From: Candidatus Peregrinibacteria bacterium Greene0416_19
GTDB lineage: Bacteria; Patescibacteriota; Gracilibacteria; Peribacterales; Peribacteraceae
Reading direction: 5' to 3'
DNA: 64,000 bases
Assembly: GCA_007375735.1 (NCBI GenBank)
Contig: VMEW01000007.1
Span: 1,494 to 65,493, forward strand
Part shown: positions 59,164 to 64,000 of the stretch, one piece after another
How positions within the stretch are numbered: the first letter of the stretch is position 1
How the letters are laid out: every line of letters begins with the position of its first letter
Program-made: the position numbers and the translations under genes
Notes under the pieces: model-generated
Databases searched by the model: none
The model's input: only the letters and a program-made list of their open reading frames with translations
Told to the model about the DNA's origin: nothing

Positions 59164-59647
59164 ACACCTGTGGTCTGTCTAGGGACGAGCGGATGCTTTC
59201 CTTGTTCATGCCCCCACCCCCAGCCCCTCCCCCTCGGCTCCGACGCTGCGCGTCTCCGCCTGGGAGAGGGGAGCTTCTTTCAAGCTCGTGGATGATCATT
59301 TGCCGTACCCTTGGTAGGTCATTCAATACTCCGTCATTTGTGAACCGAAGGATCCGAATTCCGAATTCACTAAGCATTAATGTGCGCTCTCGATCGTATT
59401 CTTGCTGAGTCTTTTTATCGTGAACCGATCCGTCTATCTCAATTCCGAGACGAGCAGAGTCACAGTAGAAATCGAGGATGAAAAGTTTGAAGGGATGCTG
59501 CCTGCGAAAGTGATAACTATGCAATCTGTGATGACGGAGCATGCTCCAAATAATTCTTTCCGATTTCGTTGGTTCCTTTCGCATCAGGCGGGCATGAGAA
59601 ACAACGGTCCGATGCGGTGATCGCAATCCATAGTTTCCCCTGTACAT
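59084..59647 (-). CDS. DUF559 (Vsr-like) endonuclease-domain protein
   Basis: RLMRKEPTKSERIIWSMLR..FRRQHPFKLFILDFYCDSARLGIEIDGSVHD...RERTLMLSEFGIRILRFTNDGV. The 3' part reads through the left inverted repeat into the next gene and is probably not functional protein. Confidence 0.65.
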   Translation of the reverse strand: MYRGNYGLRSPHRTVVSHARLMRKEPTKSERIIWSMLRHHRLHSYHFRRQHPFKLFILDFYCDSARLGIEIDGSVHDKKTQQEYDRERTLMLSEFGIRILRFTNDGVLNDLPRVRQMIIHELERSSPLPGGDAQRRSRGGGAGGGGMNKESIRSSLDRPQVYDRHHDEERPSLGQRSRRSLGAHGAV

Positions 59648-59720
59648 TTTCGTTCTCCCCTCTCCCAGGCCGCACACCCCGCAGGGTTGCGGCTGAGGGG
59701 GAGGGGCTGGGGGTGGGGGC
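59210..59720. mobile_element. Mini-element: DUF559 gene bracketed by ~65-bp imperfect inverted repeats made of G/C tracts
   Basis: Left arm: GCCCCCACCCCCAGCCCCTCCCCCTC...CCTGGGAGAGGGGAG (59210-59273). Right arm: CTCCCCTCTCCCAGG...GAGGGGGAGGGGCTGGGGGTGGGGGC (59655-59720). The outer 25 nt and inner 15 nt are exact reverse complements. Confidence 0.55.
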
Positions 59721-59797
59721 ATGGTATAGAGAAGGAATCCGCTGATCACGTGTGAAACGTAGTAGCATGGAATGAGGAGAGTAACAGCTGCACACGA

Positions 59798-61333
59798 TCA
59801 CGCACCGACGTTCTGCCGATATTGCAACGCCTCCGCCACATGCGCCGTCCGTATGTCTTCGCTGCCTTCCAAATCCGCAATCGTCCGTGCCACTTTGATC
59901 GTCCGGTGGTAACTCCGCGCCGAGAGGCCAAGCCGCAGCACGGCCTGCTGTAGCAATTTCTTCGATGCCTCATCCAGCGGGCACAGTTCATCGATCATCC
60001 GCACGCTCATTTCCTTGTTGGTGGAGATGCGGAGTTTTTCAAAACGCAATCGCTGCCGTTCCCGCGCATGGCGCACGCGGGCGGCAATGTCGGTCGTGGT
60101 CTCGGCGCTCCGCGGCTTCTTCTGCAGATCCTCCACCGGCACGGCCTGCACGTCGATCTTCAGATCGATGCGATCGAGGAGCGGGGCGGAGATGCGGCGC
60201 TGGATCTTCTGCGCGCCGCCGACGCTGTACTCCGGCGGGTTCATGGCGGCGACCAGGATGAAATCGGCGGGGAAAGTGACGGTGCCGTGCGCGCGGGTGA
60301 TGGTGATGGTGCGGTCCTCGAGCGGCTGTCGCAACACTTCGAGGACCTGTGCGGGGAATTCGGCAAGTTCATCCAGGAACAGCACGCCGCGGTGGGCCAG
60401 GCTGATCTCGCCGGGCCCCGGGATCTGCCCGCCGCCGACGATCGAGACGCCGCTCGCGGTGTGGTGGACGATGCGGAACGGACGGGTCTGGAGGAGCGGC
60501 GTGTCTTTGGGGAGCAGATTCGCGACCGAGTAGATCTGCGATACCTCAATGGATTCCTCTTGCGTGAGCGGTGGCAGGATGCCGCGGAAGGCGCGGGCGA
60601 GCAGCGTCTTCCCCGCGCCAGGCACCCCGCTCATGAGCACGTTGTGACCGCCGGCCGCGGCGATTTCGAGCGCGCGCTTGGCATGCTCCTGCCCACGTAC
60701 GTCTGAGAAGTCGATGAGATCATCGGGAAGCGCGGCAGCTGCGCTTGCAGGAGGAATCACCGGATCCGGCTTACGGATACCGGTGAGGATGTCGACGAGT
60801 TCATTCAGACTCGCAGGTGCGATTACCTCAACACCGGGGATGAGCGCCGCTTCCGGCCCGTTCACTGCTGGCACGACGAGTGATCTGATCCCCATCTTCG
60901 CGCAGGCGATCGCGGCCGAGAGGACCCCCGATACATGGCGCAGGCTTCCGTCGAGTGAGAGTTCGCCCAAGAAAGCCATTGTTTTCAACTTCTCCAGATC
61001 GACCGTGATGAGCTCCTGCTCGATCAAGACCGCGAGGGCGATCGGGAGATCGAATCGCGGGCCGGCCTTGCGCAGGTCGCCGGGCGCCAGATTGGCCGTG
61101 ATCACGCGCCCCGTCGGCTGGTGGAACCCGGAGCTGCGGATGGCGATGCGCACACGCTGCTTGCTCTCCTGCACGGCGGTGTCGCCGAGTCCGACGATGA
61201 AGAACTTCGCCTGATCGGAGTAGCTGATGCCCGCCTCGACGGTGATTTTCTCGGCTCGGAGACCGATGGTCGCGAAGGAGGTGATGGGGCTCGCCATGGG
61301 AGTGGAGGAGGTTTCGGCAGGAAAGTTCGACAA
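59798..61333 (-). CDS. yifB: YifB/ComM-family Mg-chelatase-like AAA+ ATPase
   Basis: Lon-protease-like N-terminal domain, Walker A GVPGAGKT, GVLFLDELAEF, and the C-terminal LSARSYHRTIKVARTIADLEG. Confidence 0.9.
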   Translation of the reverse strand: MSNFPAETSSTPMASPITSFATIGLRAEKITVEAGISYSDQAKFFIVGLGDTAVQESKQRVRIAIRSSGFHQPTGRVITANLAPGDLRKAGPRFDLPIALAVLIEQELITVDLEKLKTMAFLGELSLDGSLRHVSGVLSAAIACAKMGIRSLVVPAVNGPEAALIPGVEVIAPASLNELVDILTGIRKPDPVIPPASAAAALPDDLIDFSDVRGQEHAKRALEIAAAGGHNVLMSGVPGAGKTLLARAFRGILPPLTQEESIEVSQIYSVANLLPKDTPLLQTRPFRIVHHTASGVSIVGGGQIPGPGEISLAHRGVLFLDELAEFPAQVLEVLRQPLEDRTITITRAHGTVTFPADFILVAAMNPPEYSVGGAQKIQRRISAPLLDRIDLKIDVQAVPVEDLQKKPRSAETTTDIAARVRHARERQRLRFEKLRISTNKEMSVRMIDELCPLDEASKKLLQQAVLRLGLSARSYHRTIKVARTIADLEGSEDIRTAHVAEALQYRQNVGA

Positions 61334-61386
61334 GGAAGGTTCAAAAAGAGTGTACGATAGTACACCTTCCGGGAAAAGCGGATGGA

Positions 61387-61818
61387 ATGGACAGGGAAAA
61401 GGTTTTATTGTCCTCCCCTTTCATGGGAATGATCGCCTCGCTCCTCGGCCGCCCCGCCATTGCCCCGCACCTCCTGCTGGGCAGGCAGGGCGAACAGGTT
61501 GCCGCCGCCTATCTCCGCTCCGTCGGTTACCGGGTGGATGAAGTGAACGTCCGCGTCGGCCGGCACGACGAGATAGACCTCATCGCCTTCGATCCTTCGG
61601 ATGAGGTTCTGGTGTTCGTGGAAGTGAAGACGACTGCGCAGTGGGACGAGCGGTTCCCGCCCGAGATGCGGCTGGATCACCGCAAACGCCGCGCGCTCTC
61701 CCGCGCCGCGCAGGGGTGGGTGACGAGGCAGGAGTATGACGGTGCCTTCCGCATTGATTTAGTGTGTGTGGCGGGTGGGAAGGTGGTGGATCACTTTAAG
61801 GAGATTGGGGGGGGGTGA
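61387..61818 (+). CDS. yraN: YraN-family (UPF0102) endonuclease
   Basis: GRQGEQVAAAYLRSVGYRV, GRHDEIDLIAFD and VFVEVKT motifs. Confidence 0.85.
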   Translation: MDREKVLLSSPFMGMIASLLGRPAIAPHLLLGRQGEQVAAAYLRSVGYRVDEVNVRVGRHDEIDLIAFDPSDEVLVFVEVKTTAQWDERFPPEMRLDHRKRRALSRAAQGWVTRQEYDGAFRIDLVCVAGGKVVDHFKEIGGG

Positions 61819-61833
61819 TAACACTTCTCCTTT

Positions 61834-62484
61834 TCAGTGATAGTTTATCATGAGGTAGCTGAGGTCCGTTGGCGGATGAATGCAGCGCTTCATGTCGTAC
61901 ATGAATCGAAGCCTTCTCTGATCACTTAGGTCGGTCACTCTCAGCAGTCCACTCGGTGCCAGATACAGTAGTTTTTCCCTATTATTGAGGTAGAGAGCCG
62001 GTTCTGCTCCTGCCTCTAGGATGCAGAGCACGACATGTCGGATCTGGTCGATGTAGTGCAGCTCCTCAGGTGGTTGCAGACAGTCGCGGTTCTCTCTCAG
62101 TTCGTACACAAAATCGTCTTCAGTGAAGTCCGTCCCAGCTACCACTGCGACACGTGATGTTTTCGAAAGCGAACTTTTTCCGAAAAATTCACCGAGAATG
62201 AGGCGACTCGTTTCTTTGTATTGTTTCAATCCCATTTCAGTGTCTGGACTTGGTTCAAATGGACCGAAACAGGGAGGGAGGTGCAGTAAGCTCCTCAGCT
62301 CCAACCTTGGTTTGAACGTTCCAACTAGGATACATGCGGCGCTCACTGCCTCCAAACTTGGCCCTGCACGACGTGTAATACTGAACTGATTCATGTCCAC
62401 GTCGGCTCTGCCCTCCACTTCATTGATCCTTCCCCATCCTTCGTACTCATACGTGCGGACAAGACTGTCTATCATGATGTTCAC
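61834..62484 (-). CDS. Hypothetical protein (216 aa) in a lower-GC patch
   Basis: ORF only. No recognisable domain. Confidence 0.5.
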   Translation of the reverse strand: MNIMIDSLVRTYEYEGWGRINEVEGRADVDMNQFSITRRAGPSLEAVSAACILVGTFKPRLELRSLLHLPPCFGPFEPSPDTEMGLKQYKETSRLILGEFFGKSSLSKTSRVAVVAGTDFTEDDFVYELRENRDCLQPPEELHYIDQIRHVVLCILEAGAEPALYLNNREKLLYLAPSGLLRVTDLSDQRRLRFMYDMKRCIHPPTDLSYLMINYH

Positions 62485-62525
62485 TTTATAATATTATTCA
62501 ATTTAATCAATATGGCCAGAATTCC

Positions 62526-63128
62526 CTACAAATAGACAAGATATCCCCGTCGTGTGTACTCCATTATCCGCACATACTCCCCGTACACCCGCGCTCGCGA
62601 GACTGCATGCTTCCGCCACGTCTCCCTCCGCACTTCCACTCCTTCATACGTTGCCGGATAACTGAAGCAGGAGAGCGCGACGCCCGGAAAATGCTTTGCG
62701 AGTGTCCGTGCACACCGCCCGCTGTGATGCGCCTTGCAGGCGAAGACGATCGATCGCGGATCGAGGTGATGCTCTTTCAGAATCATTTTCCCGAACATGA
62801 CGTTCTCGCCGGTGTTCGTCGACCGGTCTTCGGTCAGGATGCGATCGGATGGAACGCCGTGCGACACGAGCGCATCGCGGATGGTGTGTGCCTGCGGCTC
62901 CTCCCCTGCCGGCGCGGTCGGGGGTCCCTTTCCGGTTGTGAGCACGATCGGCGCGATGTTCTTCATGATGAAAAGATCAGCCACCGATTTCCAGTCACCG
63001 TCACTAGTGCCGAAGACGAAGAGGAGATCGGATGATTTTGGTTCCGACGGAAAGAAGACGGTCGCCTCGATGCGATCCAACTCCGTAGAGGAGAGGGGCG
63101 GGACGGCGGGTTCGCGGGGGAGGGGCAT
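62526..63128 (-). CDS. YdcF/ElyC (DUF218) family protein
   Basis: DLLFVFGTSDGDW, TEDRSTNTGENV and ACKAHHSGRCARTL motifs. Confidence 0.8.
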   Translation of the reverse strand: MPLPREPAVPPLSSTELDRIEATVFFPSEPKSSDLLFVFGTSDGDWKSVADLFIMKNIAPIVLTTGKGPPTAPAGEEPQAHTIRDALVSHGVPSDRILTEDRSTNTGENVMFGKMILKEHHLDPRSIVFACKAHHSGRCARTLAKHFPGVALSCFSYPATYEGVEVRRETWRKHAVSRARVYGEYVRIMEYTRRGYLVYL

Positions 63129-63137
63129 GGATGCTGA

Positions 63138-64000
63138 TTAGAACCATTTGATCCCATCACGTGCAATCCATCCATCCGCCTCCGCCGGCCCCATCGTTCC
63201 TGCAGGATAGAGATGTAGTGGCGTCGTCTCCCTGCTCAGGTGCGCCTGCAGCGGATCCACCAGCCGCCATGCGGCTCGGACTTCGTTGAAGGTGAGGAAC
63301 CAGTGCTTCTTGCCGTGGATGGCTTCGAGCAGCAGGAGGCCGTGTTCCGGCAGGCAGTCACCGACGCAGACGAGCGGGTCTTCCAGAATCAGCGGGCGGA
63401 ACATCGGCTCGGTGCCGCCGAGCTTCGTCTGCAAAAAGATCCGCATGCCGGCTTCGCCTTGTAAAATGATGTCGAGGCGGTTCGGACTCGATCCTTCGCC
63501 GACCACGCGCGGCACCTGGAATTGGAGTGAAATCCGCGTCTCCTTTTTGGTGAGTCGTTTTCCCGAACGCATGTAGAACGGCACGCCCTGCCAGCGGCTC
63601 TCGCGGCTGAGGAGCTTGAGGGCCGTGTACGTATTCGTGCGCGAGTTGTTCTCCACGCCCTCCTCTTCGCGGTAGCCAGGCACCTCCTTTTTCCCCACCG
63701 TTCCGCGCGTGTACTGCCCCTGCACTACGATGTCATTCAGGTCCGCCGCCGGCGGCAGGTAGAACTGCTGGAGGGCGTTGGTCCGCGCCTCGCGGATCTG
63801 ATCGTCCGTATCCTTTATATGCATGGTCAGCAGCGATGCCATCATCAGCAGGTGACTCTGCACCATGTCGCGGAAGGTCCCGGTGTGCTCGAAGTAACCG
63901 GCGCGTTCCTCTATCCCCACGCTCTCGAGCGCGGTGATTTCCACATGTTGGATGAGCGTGTTCTTGAACAGCCGTTCGAGGATGGGGTTCGCGAAGCGCA
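63138..64000 (-). CDS. zwf: Glucose-6-phosphate 1-dehydrogenase; N-terminus lies beyond the window edge
   Basis: RFANPILERLFKNTLIQHVEITALESVGIEERAGYFE, RDMVQSHLL, QGQYTRG, RWQGVPFYMRSGKRL. The frame stays open to position 64000. Confidence 0.9.
   Translation of the reverse strand, partial: RFANPILERLFKNTLIQHVEITALESVGIEERAGYFEHTGTFRDMVQSHLLMMASLLTMHIKDTDDQIREARTNALQQFYLPPAADLNDIVVQGQYTRGTVGKKEVPGYREEEGVENNSRTNTYTALKLLSRESRWQGVPFYMRSGKRLTKKETRISLQFQVPRVVGEGSSPNRLDIILQGEAGMRIFLQTKLGGTEPMFRPLILEDPLVCVGDCLPEHGLLLLEAIHGKKHWFLTFNEVRAAWRLVDPLQAHLSRETTPLHLYPAGTMGPAEADGWIARDGIKWF

Overview
The window is a high-GC (about 55-60% by eye) bacterial chromosomal segment, densely coded. All calls come from reading the translations and the DNA directly; no database search was run, so family names rest on motif recognition.

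Layout:
- (1) 1-9034: a copper-homeostasis island on the minus strand. It holds a lipoprotein multicopper oxidase (truncated by the window edge), a CopA P1B-ATPase fused in one ORF to a NirK-type copper nitrite reductase module, CopZ, CsoR with a palindromic operator over its promoter, a DsbA-like oxidoreductase, an HMA/polytopic-membrane/cupredoxin fusion, and a Met/His-rich secreted protein.
- (2) 9110-19672: a plus-strand cluster of four ORFs with no recognisable enzymatic domain, dominated by a 2367-aa giant protein and an ~830-aa coiled-coil protein.
- (3) 19756-30819: small charged proteins, a DinJ-YafQ toxin-antitoxin pair, aspS, a radical-SAM-like gene, nrdR, tsaC and dnaE.
- (4) 31021-40195: five translationally coupled genes for large Cys-rich signal-peptide proteins (1011, 323, 314, 880 and 532 aa). 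The only catalytic-looking motif is one HExxH. This is my best candidate for an undescribed extracytoplasmic system.
- (5) 40400-50474: housekeeping and cell-envelope genes, namely a two-OB-fold ssb, murB, gltX, a cyclophilin, murG, ftsW, lspA and murA.
- (6) 50471-52381: a lower-GC islet with a GNAT, a second DinJ-YafQ pair, a hypothetical and tRNA-Arg(CCT). It is followed immediately by a cluster of DnaA boxes.
- (7) 52587-64000: a lipase-maturation-factor homologue, an SLH-domain surface protein, a divergent archaeal-type GAPDH-like protein, pyrF, a DUF559 endonuclease mini-element with inverted repeats, yifB, yraN, a DUF218 protein and a truncated zwf.

Several families of short palindromic or dispersed repeats occur. 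Three of them have copies inside coding regions (dnaE, murB and the radical-SAM-like gene). No rRNA and no CRISPR array were seen. Many long ORFs in the supplied track are GC-driven shadow frames and were rejected.
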